From Deltaproteobacteria bacterium (GTDB lineage Bacteria > Desulfobacterota > GWC2-55-46 > JADFVP01): DNA of 64,000 bases. Every line of letters begins with the position of its first letter. Position 1 is the first letter of the stretch. Location of the stretch: assembly GCA_029262515.1 (NCBI GenBank), contig JAJCZH010000020.1, forward strand, positions 65,457 through 129,456, in the 5' to 3' direction. Shown here in pieces: positions 21,521-31,935 of this stretch. The notes under the pieces are model-generated. The model worked only from the letters and a program-made list of their open reading frames with translations. It did no database searches and was not told the origin of the DNA. A program made the translations under genes and the position numbers.

Positions 21521-22747
21521 TTAAAAAAACTCCTTTACCCAGCCGCTCATCCTCGTGGTCAGCTTATTGAATATATTTGCCGAACTTCTACTAAACTGAT
21601 TGACACCCATGTGCTTGGCGCCGTAAAGCACCAGACCCACGCCGGTTGAAAACCTCGGCCCCTTTACCACATCTACTAGTCCGGACACGCCTTCGGGCAG
21701 GCCGCACCTGACCGGCACGTTGAATATCTGCTCGGCCAACTCGGCCGCGCCCTCAGTGGCAGCGGTCCCTCCTGTTATAACAACTCCCGAAGAGATCAAC
21801 ACGTCGTAACCGGACTTCATGATCTCACGCTTTACGAGATCGAAGATCTCCTCTATACGTGGTTCGACTATCTCGCAGAGAGTATAGCGCGAGACCTTGC
21901 GAATCTTTCCCCCGCCAACGCTCTGCACATCGAGTATCTCGTCCTTGGAGACAAGAGCCGTCATCGCGCAGCCGAACTCCTTCTTGACCTTCTCGGCCTC
22001 GCTCGTCGGCGTTCTAAGGCCGACCGAGATATCTCCGGTAACCTGATTTCCGCCAAGCGCAATTACGGTCGTATACTTGATTGTTCCGTTATGGTAGAGC
22101 GCGATATCGGTTGTACCTCCGCCGATATCGACCAGCACAACACCGATCTCCTTCTCGTCCTGATTCAGGACCGCCTCGGAACTGGCGATCTGTTGAAGCA
22201 CGATATCGGCCACGTCGAGCCCGGCCTTGTTTGCGCACTTTACAATATTCTGCACAGAGGTCACCGCTGCGGTAACGATATGAACCTTAACCTCCAGCCG
22301 TATGCCTATCATGCCAAGAGGTTCCTGGATTCCCTCCTGATCGTCTACTATATACTCCTGCGCTATAACGTGTATCACCTCACGGTCAGGCGGGATCACC
22401 ACGGCCTGGGCCGCCTCTATCACGCGCTCGACATCCTGCGGAGTAATCTCGCGGTTTTTAACGGCTATAACGCCGTGGGAGTTGAAGGCCTTGATATGGC
22501 CGCCAGCTATGCCGCAGTAGACCCTGTTTATCTCGCAACCGGCCATCCGTTCGGCCTCTTCGACCGCGCGACGGATAGAGTCCACCGTACTCTCGATATT
22601 GACTACCACGCCCTTTCTCAACCCCTTGGACGGGTGCATCCCGATACCTATTATCTCAACCCCGTCGTCGGTCTTCTCGCCAACGATGGTGCAGATCTTT
22701 GTGGTGCCTATATCGAGCCCTACTACAATATTCTCTCTCTTAGCCAT
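21521..22747 (-). CDS. ftsA: Cell division protein FtsA
   Basis: VGLDIGTTKI, DIGGGTTD, VVITGG, C-terminal amphipathic WVKEFF; start at ATG 22747. Confidence 0.97.
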   Translation of the reverse strand: MAKRENIVVGLDIGTTKICTIVGEKTDDGVEIIGIGMHPSKGLRKGVVVNIESTVDSIRRAVEEAERMAGCEINRVYCGIAGGHIKAFNSHGVIAVKNREITPQDVERVIEAAQAVVIPPDREVIHVIAQEYIVDDQEGIQEPLGMIGIRLEVKVHIVTAAVTSVQNIVKCANKAGLDVADIVLQQIASSEAVLNQDEKEIGVVLVDIGGGTTDIALYHNGTIKYTTVIALGGNQVTGDISVGLRTPTSEAEKVKKEFGCAMTALVSKDEILDVQSVGGGKIRKVSRYTLCEIVEPRIEEIFDLVKREIMKSGYDVLISSGVVITGGTAATEGAAELAEQIFNVPVRCGLPEGVSGLVDVVKGPRFSTGVGLVLYGAKHMGVNQFSRSSANIFNKLTTRMSGWVKEFF

Positions 22748-22748
22748 C

Positions 22749-23606
22749 TTATGTAGCCCCGCTATCTTTAACCATATTACCGGTATACTTGATAACCACT
22801 TCACTCTCCCTTGTGAGGTCAATAGCAGAAACACCCGAGAGCGTACCGCCCCTCGCCTCGACTATTCTTTCGAACAAGCCGAGCTTCTCTTCAAACCTAT
22901 CGCTGCCTAGCTCCAATTTTACTCCCGAATCCGTCGTATAGAGCGTGTACCCGTACTCAGTATCGACATGAATCTCACTCACGTCCACGGCATTAAAACC
23001 GTTCCTGCCAACAAGCTGATCGAGCAGGTCCATAAGCACAACGTCTTCTACGGTCGTGCCCGGCTCAACGGTATCTGGGCAGCAACCCGTGACTACCGGC
23101 AAGTCGAGTCCGTCTAAGACCGAATGCCTCTTGAAGAGGGTGCCATTCGAGTCCATCAAATATAAGCCTTCGGCACTCACTATGGCCGCCGGTACGCGCT
23201 CGGTAACCTCTATTCTTACCGTAGACGGAATCGATCTTGAAACTCTCGCGCTCTCTATCCACGGATTACCCTTTATGTCCTCTTCAACCTCTGAGAGCCT
23301 GAAGGAGAATATATTCTCCCCTGACTCTATTCCCGCAAGCTCTACAACGGTATCAACACCGGACCTGAAAGCCCCATCCACGGTTATCTTCTCCACGGCA
23401 AGGTACTCAGTCGTAGTAACGACACCGTACAGACACCACGCCCCGTAACCGGTTGCGGGCAATACCGTTACTATAAAAGCTACCCAGAACAACCGCGCAA
23501 GAGCTCTTTTCGCTCTCGTGCCAAAGGGCTCTCTTTTACGCCTGTTCTTGCCCTTGTTAACTTTTTTTCGCCCCTGGCGCACATCTGAATTTCTTGACAC
23601 CTTCAC
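22749..23606 (-). CDS. ftsQ: Cell division protein FtsQ/DivIB
   Basis: Basic N-tail, one TM, POTRA (NPWIESARVSR..P..V.I.V.ER.P), IDL near C-terminus; dcw position. Confidence 0.9.
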   Translation of the reverse strand: MKVSRNSDVRQGRKKVNKGKNRRKREPFGTRAKRALARLFWVAFIVTVLPATGYGAWCLYGVVTTTEYLAVEKITVDGAFRSGVDTVVELAGIESGENIFSFRLSEVEEDIKGNPWIESARVSRSIPSTVRIEVTERVPAAIVSAEGLYLMDSNGTLFKRHSVLDGLDLPVVTGCCPDTVEPGTTVEDVVLMDLLDQLVGRNGFNAVDVSEIHVDTEYGYTLYTTDSGVKLELGSDRFEEKLGLFERIVEARGGTLSGVSAIDLTRESEVVIKYTGNMVKDSGAT

Positions 23607-23609
23607 ACC

Positions 23610-24563
23610 TCAATACTTGTCTACAGAGGCCCCTAAGAGCATCATCTCCACAAGCTTTTCATACCCTATTCCAGCACTAGCCGCAGCCATCGGCAGCAGG
23701 CTAAGCTCCGTAAGTCCCGGCACCGTATTTATCTCAAGCACATAAGGAGACTGTTCTGAGTCGAGCATAATATCTACCCTTGCCACCCCGGAGCAACCGA
23801 CCGTCTCGTATGTACGTAATGCGTACTCCTCTACCCGCTTGCCGACTCTTTTACTGAGCGGGGCCGGTACCAGAAACTCGGTAAGCCCCTTCGTATACTT
23901 TGCTTCGTAATCGTAAAGACCGGACTTCGGTCTGATCTCAACCGCCGGCAGCACGGTTCCGTCGATTATGCCGACTGTCACCTCCCTGCCCACTATGCAC
24001 TCTTCTATCAGTACGCCTGTTGCGGTGTGCTCGGAAGCGCTCTTAACCGCACTGGCCAGCTCACTTCTCTTTCTGACGATCGTCACGCCTATGGCAGAGC
24101 CCTGAGAGGCAGGCTTTACCACATACGGCAATTTTACTCCCTTAACGGCACTACCCGGCTTATAGGTACAGTACTCGGGGGTGGGAACCCCGCAGCTCTC
24201 AAGCAACCTCTTGCTAAAGAGCTTATCCATGGCCACGGCAGAAGCCCTTACCCCGCTTCCGGTATACGGCACCCTCATTACCTCCAGGAGTCCCTGGATA
24301 GCGCCGTCCTCGCCGAAACGACCATGCAGAGCTATGAAAGCGACCTCTATCTTTTTTCTTCTTATAACCGTTGCAACGTCCGGGCCCGCGTCTATGGCAA
24401 CCGCGCTGTAACCGAGACTCTTTAAAGCCGATAGTACTGCAGCGCCCGTCTTGAGTGAAATCTCCCTCTCTTCGGAGACCCCGCCCATCAAAACCCCTAT
24501 CTTTTTCGCCTTAAAGACCGCACTCGTTTTCCTTGCTGCGCCCTCTCTTACCATATAGACCAA
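23610..24563 (-). CDS. ddl: D-alanine--D-alanine ligase
   Basis: GGVSEEREISL, ALHGRFGEDG, YDYEAKY, EINTVPG. Confidence 0.97.
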   Translation of the reverse strand: MVYMVREGAARKTSAVFKAKKIGVLMGGVSEEREISLKTGAAVLSALKSLGYSAVAIDAGPDVATVIRRKKIEVAFIALHGRFGEDGAIQGLLEVMRVPYTGSGVRASAVAMDKLFSKRLLESCGVPTPEYCTYKPGSAVKGVKLPYVVKPASQGSAIGVTIVRKRSELASAVKSASEHTATGVLIEECIVGREVTVGIIDGTVLPAVEIRPKSGLYDYEAKYTKGLTEFLVPAPLSKRVGKRVEEYALRTYETVGCSGVARVDIMLDSEQSPYVLEINTVPGLTELSLLPMAAASAGIGYEKLVEMMLLGASVDKY

Positions 24564-24605
24564 CCTATCCTGCTCCCCGGTTCTCTTGCTCGTTCCAGGT
24601 GTCTC

Positions 24606-25514
24606 TCAGACCTCTCCGACCACCTTTATCTCCGGTTCGAGCAACACGCCTTTGTGCTTATAGACCTTGTCCCTGATTGTCGCCATTAACGAGAGAACGT
24701 CATGCGCCGTGGCCGTGCCTCTGTTGATTATATAGTTGGCATGAACGTCAGATACTTCGGCGTCTCCGCACCGCTCGCCCTTGAGGCCGGCCTCGTCTAT
24801 CAGTCGTCCGGCAATTCTCTCTTCCGGGTTTTTGAAGATCGAACCGGCATTCGGAAAAGCTACCAGGCTTGTTGCCTTCCGCCTGCGCCTGTAACTATCC
24901 ACCATCTCCGTAATCTTTTGAGGATCGGACTTTGTAAAGGCCATATGTACGCGCACGGCAACCGTGCCCTTCGGCATGTCGGTTTTTCTATATTCGAAAC
25001 CCATCTCGGCCGCCGACAAAAAGCCCTTCTTTCCCTTGCGCCCCACGAACTCCACGCCCTCAACCACGCTCTTCATCTCAAACCCGTAGGCTCCCGCATT
25101 CATTATAACCGCCCCGCCTACGGTTCCAGGTATGCCCGCGACGAACTCCACACCGCTAAGGCCACGGTCAAGACACTCTTTGAGCAGGTCCCCGAGCCTG
25201 ACGCCCACTCCGACTACAGCCCTCATATCGTCAACCCAGGTGATCTCACCGAAACCGTCGGCCATATTTACCACGATACCCCTGATGCCGCCGTCCCGAA
25301 CCAGCACATTACTTCCGCCGCCAAGCACATAGTACTTAAACCTCTTGCTCTCGGCAAAGTTAAGCAACTCTTTCAAGTCGTTATTATCCTGCGGGAATGC
25401 CATCACGTCGGCAGGCCCACCGATCTTGAATGAGGTGTAGTCGCTCATCGGAACATTAAAAAGCACCTTGCCCTTGAATCTCTGAATAAAAAAGAGCGAG
25501 TACTGTACACCCAT
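24606..25514 (-). CDS. murB: UDP-N-acetylenolpyruvoylglucosamine reductase
   Basis: IGGPAD, GGGSNVL, GIPGTVGGAVIMNAGAYG, AGSIFKNP, HANYIIN. Confidence 0.96.
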   Translation of the reverse strand: MGVQYSLFFIQRFKGKVLFNVPMSDYTSFKIGGPADVMAFPQDNNDLKELLNFAESKRFKYYVLGGGSNVLVRDGGIRGIVVNMADGFGEITWVDDMRAVVGVGVRLGDLLKECLDRGLSGVEFVAGIPGTVGGAVIMNAGAYGFEMKSVVEGVEFVGRKGKKGFLSAAEMGFEYRKTDMPKGTVAVRVHMAFTKSDPQKITEMVDSYRRRRKATSLVAFPNAGSIFKNPEERIAGRLIDEAGLKGERCGDAEVSDVHANYIINRGTATAHDVLSLMATIRDKVYKHKGVLLEPEIKVVGEV

Positions 25515-25577
25515 CTCAGGGCCTCCGTTCTAAAAAGGATGAACCAGCAAAAGTGTTAATATCAAAACCTTTCAAAA

Positions 25578-26972
25578 TCATTTTATCTGCAAAACCTCTC
25601 TGCCCTTCAAAATCTCAACAAGCTCCCTGCCGACCTTCCAGACGTCCCCGGCACCGAGCGTTAAAACCATATCTCCTGCCAGAGCGATGGAGTCTATATA
25701 CGCGGCCACATCGGATAATTTAGCGATGTGATGCACGTCCTTATGGCCGTGCTCTTTAATAGACCTGTATAACGCTTCAGCGCTTACGCCCTCTATAGGC
25801 GCCTCGCCAGCCGCATAGATATCGGTTATGACAAGACGCGCCGCGTCGTTAAAGACCGGTATAAAGTCGTCAAAAAGATCGCGGGTCCGTGAGAACCTGT
25901 GGGGCTGGAATATCGCCGTTACCGGCTTTGACCAGCCGGCACAGGCCGCCGAGAGCACGGCTTTTATCTCTTCTGGATGATGACCGTAGTCGTCCACCAC
26001 CGTAATACCGGCCTCATTACCCACCACCTGAAACCGTCGCTCGACTCCGCTGAACTCTTCGAGCCCGGTGCGAATATATTCGTAATCGATCCCTATTTCT
26101 TTTGCTACGGCAACTGTCGCCAGCGCGTTATAGACGTTATGCTCACCCGGCATATTTAGCTTTACGGGACCCATCTTCGAGTTACCGTACCAGAGCGTAA
26201 AGCTTGACTCCATCTTGTCGAACCTGAGGTCGCTTGCATGGACATCGCTCTGGGCGCTAAGGCCATATGTAACCAGGCGCCTGGTGATCGCAGGTATAAG
26301 CGACTGAAGCTCCGGATGGTCTAGACAGATCACCGCACAGCCGTAAAACGGAACCTTGTTCATAAAGTCCGTAAAGGACTGTTTAACCTCATCCATTCCG
26401 GAGTAATGGTCCATATGCTCACGGTCTATGTTCGTTACCACAGCTATGGTCGGCGCAAGTTTTAAAAAACTTCCATCAGACTCGTCCGCCTCTGCCACCA
26501 GAACGTCGCTGCTACCGAGCCTGGCATTGGCTCCGAAGCTGTTGAGCCTTCCACCCGTGACCACTGTGGGATCTATATCCGCAGCAGCGAGCACCGAGGC
26601 GACCATCGACGTGGTTGTTGTCTTGCCGTGAGTGCCTGCAATGGCGATACCATACTTTATTCTCATCAGCTCGGCGAGCATCTCGGCCCTCGGAATTATC
26701 GGTATCTGCTTCGACGTCGCAGCCCGTATTTCCGGGTTATCCTTCTTTACTGCAGATGAGTAGACCACACACTGCGCACCCCTTATATTGCTGCCGTCGT
26801 GACCGAGCGCGATTACGGCACCGAGCTTCTTGAGCCTGTCGGTAGTATCTGACTCAACGAGATCCGAACCCGTGACTTCATACCCCATGTTAAGCAGCAC
26901 CTCGGCTATACCGTTCATACCAGAGCCGCCTATGCCTATAAAATGGATCCTCCTGATTCGCCCTCTGTACAT
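25578..26972 (-). CDS. murC: UDP-N-acetylmuramate--L-alanine ligase
   Basis: HFIGIGGSGM, GTHGKTTT, EADESDGSF, DDYGHHP, FQPHRFSRT. Confidence 0.97.
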   Translation of the reverse strand: MYRGRIRRIHFIGIGGSGMNGIAEVLLNMGYEVTGSDLVESDTTDRLKKLGAVIALGHDGSNIRGAQCVVYSSAVKKDNPEIRAATSKQIPIIPRAEMLAELMRIKYGIAIAGTHGKTTTTSMVASVLAAADIDPTVVTGGRLNSFGANARLGSSDVLVAEADESDGSFLKLAPTIAVVTNIDREHMDHYSGMDEVKQSFTDFMNKVPFYGCAVICLDHPELQSLIPAITRRLVTYGLSAQSDVHASDLRFDKMESSFTLWYGNSKMGPVKLNMPGEHNVYNALATVAVAKEIGIDYEYIRTGLEEFSGVERRFQVVGNEAGITVVDDYGHHPEEIKAVLSAACAGWSKPVTAIFQPHRFSRTRDLFDDFIPVFNDAARLVITDIYAAGEAPIEGVSAEALYRSIKEHGHKDVHHIAKLSDVAAYIDSIALAGDMVLTLGAGDVWKVGRELVEILKGREVLQIK

Positions 26973-27002
26973 ACAAGTTCCTCTCTTCAACTCAATAGCC
27001 GC

Positions 27003-28109
27003 TCAACCGAGCAGCGATACAAAATCGTCAGCAATTCTTTCTGCCGCCTCGGGGCGGCCAAGCCCCGCAGCTTTCTCTCTAACCGAAGCGAGCCGCTCCG
27101 GATCCGAGCAGAAGGAGCGCACCGCATCGGCCAGCACTCTGCCCGTCAACCTGTCCTGACGTATCATTACCGCGGCACCGGCCTCCTCTACGCACCGGCC
27201 GTTCACCTCCTGATGGTTGTCCGATGCATAAGGATACGGCACCAGTATCGAAGCGAGCCCAAAGGCAGTAATCTCCGCTATGGATGTCGCCCCGGCCCTG
27301 CAAATAACAAGGTCCGCAGCACCGTACGCATCAGCCATGTTCTCTATAAACCTGTGAACCTCAACCTTGAGCTTCTTTCGGCGATACGCCTCCGCCACCT
27401 GTTCGTAACCCTGCTCTCCGGTCTGGTGTATCACCCTGAAACCGTCCCACAAATCCGTTAGGTACTCCGCAGCATCGACAAAAGCGGTATTGATGGCGGT
27501 TGCGCCTTGGGAACCGCCAAAGACCAGTATCGTAAAACGGTGGTCTTTTTTCTTTTCAACTCTCTTTGCATCTCGCTTTGTATGAAGCTCAAGCTGCTTC
27601 AAAATGTCACGCCTTATCGGGTTACCCGTTAATACCGTCCGCATAGGCGGAAAGTACTGCCGCGCCTGCTCGAACGCTATATAGATTCTCGTTACCAGCT
27701 TACCCGACACCTTGTTCGTGAGACCCGGAAGAGCGTTCTGCTCAAGTATTGCAGTCTTTATACCGAGAAGGCGTGCGGCAAAAACAACAGGAGCCGACGA
27801 GTACGAACCCGATCCGATTACCCCGTCCGGCCTTTCGCGCCTCAAGATACCTACCGCCTTGATCGTCGCCATAAACGCCTTATAGAGCGCCGCAAGCCTC
27901 TTGAGACCGCGTGTTCTCTTTACGCCCGATACGCTCAGCAGCGTCAGTTGGTAACCGTACTTCGGCACAACCTTCTCTTCAAGCCCTCCCCTGCCTCCGA
28001 CAAAGAGTATCTCAACATCCGGCTCTCTCAGCTTGAACTCCTCGGCAAGGGCAAGCGCCGGAAAAAGGTGGCCGCCGGTCCCGCCACCAGCCATAACAAG
28101 CTTCATCAC
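27003..28109 (-). CDS. murG: Lipid II GlcNAc transferase
   Basis: GGGTGGHLFP, EQNALPG, GGSQGA, CRAGATSIAE. Confidence 0.97.
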   Translation of the reverse strand: MMKLVMAGGGTGGHLFPALALAEEFKLREPDVEILFVGGRGGLEEKVVPKYGYQLTLLSVSGVKRTRGLKRLAALYKAFMATIKAVGILRRERPDGVIGSGSYSSAPVVFAARLLGIKTAILEQNALPGLTNKVSGKLVTRIYIAFEQARQYFPPMRTVLTGNPIRRDILKQLELHTKRDAKRVEKKKDHRFTILVFGGSQGATAINTAFVDAAEYLTDLWDGFRVIHQTGEQGYEQVAEAYRRKKLKVEVHRFIENMADAYGAADLVICRAGATSIAEITAFGLASILVPYPYASDNHQEVNGRCVEEAGAAVMIRQDRLTGRVLADAVRSFCSDPERLASVREKAAGLGRPEAAERIADDFVSLLG

Positions 28110-29251
28110 GAATCGTTCTCCATTATATAGATATTCAAGAGAACCCCTATTGCCACCATATTTATCAGGAGCGACGTGCCGCCGTAACTTATAAACGGCA
28201 ACGGCATACCCTTTGGAGGCAACAGCCCCAGCACTACTGCCATGTTTATCGCTGCCTGCAAGACCACCATAAAGGTTATACCGAGTGCGAGATAGGTGCC
28301 GTGAAGGTCCTTCGCCTTCATCGCTATATTCACTCCGCAGTACAGAATCGTCAGGTAGAGCGCTGCCACTACGCTAACGCCGAGAAAGCCGAGTTCCTCC
28401 CCTATGACCGAAAGAATGAAATCAGTATGGGCTTCGGGCAGGTAGAAGAGCTTCTGCTTGCCTCCGCCTAGTCCCAGGCCCGCTATGCCGCCGGAGCCGA
28501 AGGCGACAAAAGATTGGACCATCTGAAAACCGTCACCAAGCGGGTCGGCCCACGGATTCATAAACGTAACTACCCGCCGCACCATATAATCGAAGTTCCT
28601 TACCACGCTGAGCAGCACAGGCAATGCTAGCAGACAAACTCCGAGAAGGTACCTTAACCGCACACCTGCGGCAAAGATCATCATCAAGACAAGCAGCGTC
28701 ATAAAGACGCCTGTGCCGAAGTCCGGCTCGGATATAACAAGCGCGATTACAACTCCGGGGATCAGGACATTCGGCAGAAAACCTATGGAAAAACTCTTGA
28801 TCTTCTCAGCCTTGGCTGACAGAGAATAAGCCAGAAAAAAAACAACTGCGAGTTTCGCGAACTCTGATGGCTGAAAAGTAAAGGGACCCACCCTCAACCA
28901 CCTGACGGCGGCTCCGGCTTTTACGCCAAAACCCGGAACGAGCAACAGCACAAGAAACGCGGTGGCGAGAATAAGAATAGGGTAAGCGAGATAACGGTAG
29001 ATGGTGTACGGCACCTTTGAGGCAATAACAAAGAGCACGAGACCGCCGCATGCAAAGACTAGATGCTTCTTAACGAAAAAGTACTCATCACCGAACTTGT
29101 TCATCGCCATTATGGAACTCGACGAATAGACCATCACTATACCCACTACGAGCAGCACAAGGGTGGAGACTATGAGGAACTTATCCATCTCCTTAAAGCG
29201 TACCATCTGCGACCCCCTTACCGAACTGCCAGCCTTCGCCCATACTCTCAC
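28106..29251 (-). CDS. ftsW: SEDS peptidoglycan polymerase FtsW
   Basis: MVYSSS, FQPSEFAK, EPDFGT, LPEAHTDF, PFISYGG. Confidence 0.96.
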   Translation of the reverse strand: MRVWAKAGSSVRGSQMVRFKEMDKFLIVSTLVLLVVGIVMVYSSSSIMAMNKFGDEYFFVKKHLVFACGGLVLFVIASKVPYTIYRYLAYPILILATAFLVLLLVPGFGVKAGAAVRWLRVGPFTFQPSEFAKLAVVFFLAYSLSAKAEKIKSFSIGFLPNVLIPGVVIALVISEPDFGTGVFMTLLVLMMIFAAGVRLRYLLGVCLLALPVLLSVVRNFDYMVRRVVTFMNPWADPLGDGFQMVQSFVAFGSGGIAGLGLGGGKQKLFYLPEAHTDFILSVIGEELGFLGVSVVAALYLTILYCGVNIAMKAKDLHGTYLALGITFMVVLQAAINMAVVLGLLPPKGMPLPFISYGGTSLLINMVAIGVLLNIYIMENDS

Positions 29252-30783
29252 CCCTCATCGGAGAGCGACGCCACCCGCTCTTCTTTACTCCCTTTGCTTA
29301 CCGAACTGAGCGCCATAACGCTCGAACGGTAAGACTCACCCCGATCGGCGTAACTTGAAAACATATCGAAGCTTGCGCCCGCAGGGCAGAGCAACACCTT
29401 CATGCCGGCCTCTGCGCTACTTTGCGCAATCCTGACGGCCTCCTCCATTGTCGATGCCTCGACAACATCGGTAACACTGCCAAGAGCCTCTTTCATCTTC
29501 TCCCTTGACTCTCCTATCAGGATCATCCGGGTGACTTTCTCCTTCACGTAAGGGAGCAACACCGAGTAATCCCCGCCTTTATCAACTCCTCCGGCAACTA
29601 GAACCACCTCTGAGTCGATTCCCTTGAGAGCCATCTTCAGGGCACCGACGTTCGTACCTTTTGAGTCGTCTATATAGGTGACCTCGTCGAGGGTGCGCAC
29701 AAATTCCATCCTGTGCCTAAGGCCCCTGAACCCGGCGAGCACGCCCTCTATTGTCTCCTTATCTATACCGCAAGTCCTTGCAACGGCAATTGCGGCCATC
29801 ATGTTTTCTATATTGTGCAGCCCCTTGAGCGAACACTCTTCGGTTGAGTAAACCTCACCATCGAGCAGTCCGCTACCGGCAAAGACGATTGAGGACATCC
29901 TTAAGTAGAGCCCGTCGCCGAACATACCCGTAGTCGTAAACGGCACAACCTGAGGTCCGTTAGAAGACCGGCCCTCGAATACAGTTCCACGCGTCGAAAG
30001 TATAGAGGCGACACAACCGTCTCCGGCGTTGACCACAGCCACGCAACCGGAGTCCTGAGAATCGAAGAGCGCGAGTTTTGTCGCCGCATAATCGTCAAAA
30101 TCCTTATACCGCTCAAGGTGGTCTTCGGTAATATTGAGCAGCACCGCCATCTGCGGCTTGAAAGTGCTTACATGTTCGAGCTGAAATGAACTCACCTCCA
30201 GCACGCAGAACTCCGGCGCAATATCGGAATTAAAATACTCAAGTACCGGCGTGCCTATGTTGCCCCCCGTAAAGACACTCCTTCCGGCGGCCTCGAGAAT
30301 AGAGCTGATCAGCGTTACAACCGTGCTCTTGCCATTCGTTCCGGTCACCGCTATTATCGGAGCCTTTATGTACCGAGAGGCGAGTTCTATGTCGCTTACC
30401 ACCTCCACGCCCTTCGCCTCTGCCGCCACGAGCAACTGAGCAGTACGCGCTATACCGGGGCTTGCCACCAACATATCAACGCCATCGAGAAGAGTCTCGT
30501 TATCGCTCTCGGGTACGAACTCTGCGCCGAGCCCTATAAGCTCTTCAGAGGCCGCTATCTCCGAGGCGGACTTAGAGTCCGTAATGACAACCGTAGCACG
30601 GCATTTCAGCAAAAACCGCGCCGTTGCCGTACCCGATGTCCCGAGTCCAGCTACTACTATTTTTTTTACCGAAAGCTCTTCGGCAGCCCTATCGAGCATA
30701 CCCGCCTCCCAGTCAGTCAGCACTGCAGTACCAACTCGCGGCACGCCAACTCCATACCCGTTATCTTCCGTAAAGGTTCTCAT
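29248..30783 (-). CDS. murD: UDP-MurNAc-L-Ala--D-glutamate ligase
   Basis: [38 protein letters not shown] overlap with mraY gives start 30783. Confidence 0.95.
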   Translation of the reverse strand: MRTFTEDNGYGVGVPRVGTAVLTDWEAGMLDRAAEELSVKKIVVAGLGTSGTATARFLLKCRATVVITDSKSASEIAASEELIGLGAEFVPESDNETLLDGVDMLVASPGIARTAQLLVAAEAKGVEVVSDIELASRYIKAPIIAVTGTNGKSTVVTLISSILEAAGRSVFTGGNIGTPVLEYFNSDIAPEFCVLEVSSFQLEHVSTFKPQMAVLLNITEDHLERYKDFDDYAATKLALFDSQDSGCVAVVNAGDGCVASILSTRGTVFEGRSSNGPQVVPFTTTGMFGDGLYLRMSSIVFAGSGLLDGEVYSTEECSLKGLHNIENMMAAIAVARTCGIDKETIEGVLAGFRGLRHRMEFVRTLDEVTYIDDSKGTNVGALKMALKGIDSEVVLVAGGVDKGGDYSVLLPYVKEKVTRMILIGESREKMKEALGSVTDVVEASTMEEAVRIAQSSAEAGMKVLLCPAGASFDMFSSYADRGESYRSSVMALSSVSKGSKEERVASLSDEG

Positions 30784-31850
30784 CTTATCTTTAACGTACT
30801 TATAGCCAATAGCGCCAACATTATGGAAATTATCCAGAACCTGACAATTATCTTGGGCTCGGCCCACCCCTTCAATTCGTAGTGGTGGTGAATGGGGGCC
30901 ATAGCAAAGACCCGTTTACCCGTAAGCTTGTAAGAGGCGACCTGCGTTATAACCGAAAGCGCCTCAACTACGAAGATACCGCCGACTATCAGGAGCACAA
31001 ACTCCTGCTTCGTCATAACCGCCAGCATGCCGAGCGCCCCTCCTAGCGGCAGTGAACCGACATCTCCCATAAAGACCTGGGCCGGGTAGGTATTGAACCA
31101 CAAAAAACCAAGGCTCGCTCCAGTCATAGAGGCCGCAAAGACCGCAAGCTCTCCGGCCATAGGAACATGTATCACCTGAAGGTAACCGGCAATCTTTAAG
31201 TGCCCGACGACATAGGCGAGCAACATAAAGGTTCCAGCAGAGATTATCATCGGGCCTATGGCGAGCCCGTCAAGCCCGTCAGTCAGGTTAACCGCATTTG
31301 AAGTACCAACTATAACGAGTACTGAAAAAGGTACATAGAGCCAACCAAGATCAAAGGCCACACCCTTGAAGAACGGCAGGCTGACCCCGGTGTCGAAGTC
31401 CGTATAGTAGAGCGCTAAAGAGGCGGCAAGCGCCACCGCAAGCTGTCCGGTAATCTTGGTAACTGCCCTGAGGCCCCCTTTTCTGCTGATAACCTTGGAG
31501 TAATCGTCGAGAAAACCGATTGCGCACATGCCGACCGTAACGAACGAGAGTATCCAGATATAGACGTTGTTCAGATTCCCCCACAGAAGAAGCGACAACA
31601 TCACTACCATTATTATCAACGCCCCGCCCATGGTAGGCGTACCGCTCTTGACCGCGTGTCCCGGCGGTCCGTCCCCGCGCACCACTTCACCTACACGCAT
31701 ATGCTTTAGCTTCTTTATGATATACGGTCCGAAGATAAAACTGAGCACGAGGGCAGTAACCATAGCGTAGATAGTCCTGAACGTAATATACTGAAATACG
31801 TTGAAGATCGTATGGTACTTGGCAAGCGGATATAAGAAGTAATAGAGCAT
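30780..31850 (-). CDS. mraY: Phospho-MurNAc-pentapeptide transferase
   Basis: [37 protein letters not shown]. Confidence 0.98.
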   Translation of the reverse strand: MLYYFLYPLAKYHTIFNVFQYITFRTIYAMVTALVLSFIFGPYIIKKLKHMRVGEVVRGDGPPGHAVKSGTPTMGGALIIMVVMLSLLLWGNLNNVYIWILSFVTVGMCAIGFLDDYSKVISRKGGLRAVTKITGQLAVALAASLALYYTDFDTGVSLPFFKGVAFDLGWLYVPFSVLVIVGTSNAVNLTDGLDGLAIGPMIISAGTFMLLAYVVGHLKIAGYLQVIHVPMAGELAVFAASMTGASLGFLWFNTYPAQVFMGDVGSLPLGGALGMLAVMTKQEFVLLIVGGIFVVEALSVITQVASYKLTGKRVFAMAPIHHHYELKGWAEPKIIVRFWIISIMLALLAISTLKIR

Positions 31851-31935
31851 CTATGCTTTAACCTGCCTTACCTGCCGCTCTGTTCGGCGACCCTTATTAC
31901 AGTATCTACGATAGAGGATCACAAGTGACCCTCTA

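Noticed and set aside
30784..30867. ORF-track N-terminal extensions of murD (also ftsA 22748-22834, mraZ 38944-39003, zur 12561-12596)
   Set aside because: They overlap upstream genes or promoter elements; internal starts fit family N-termini better
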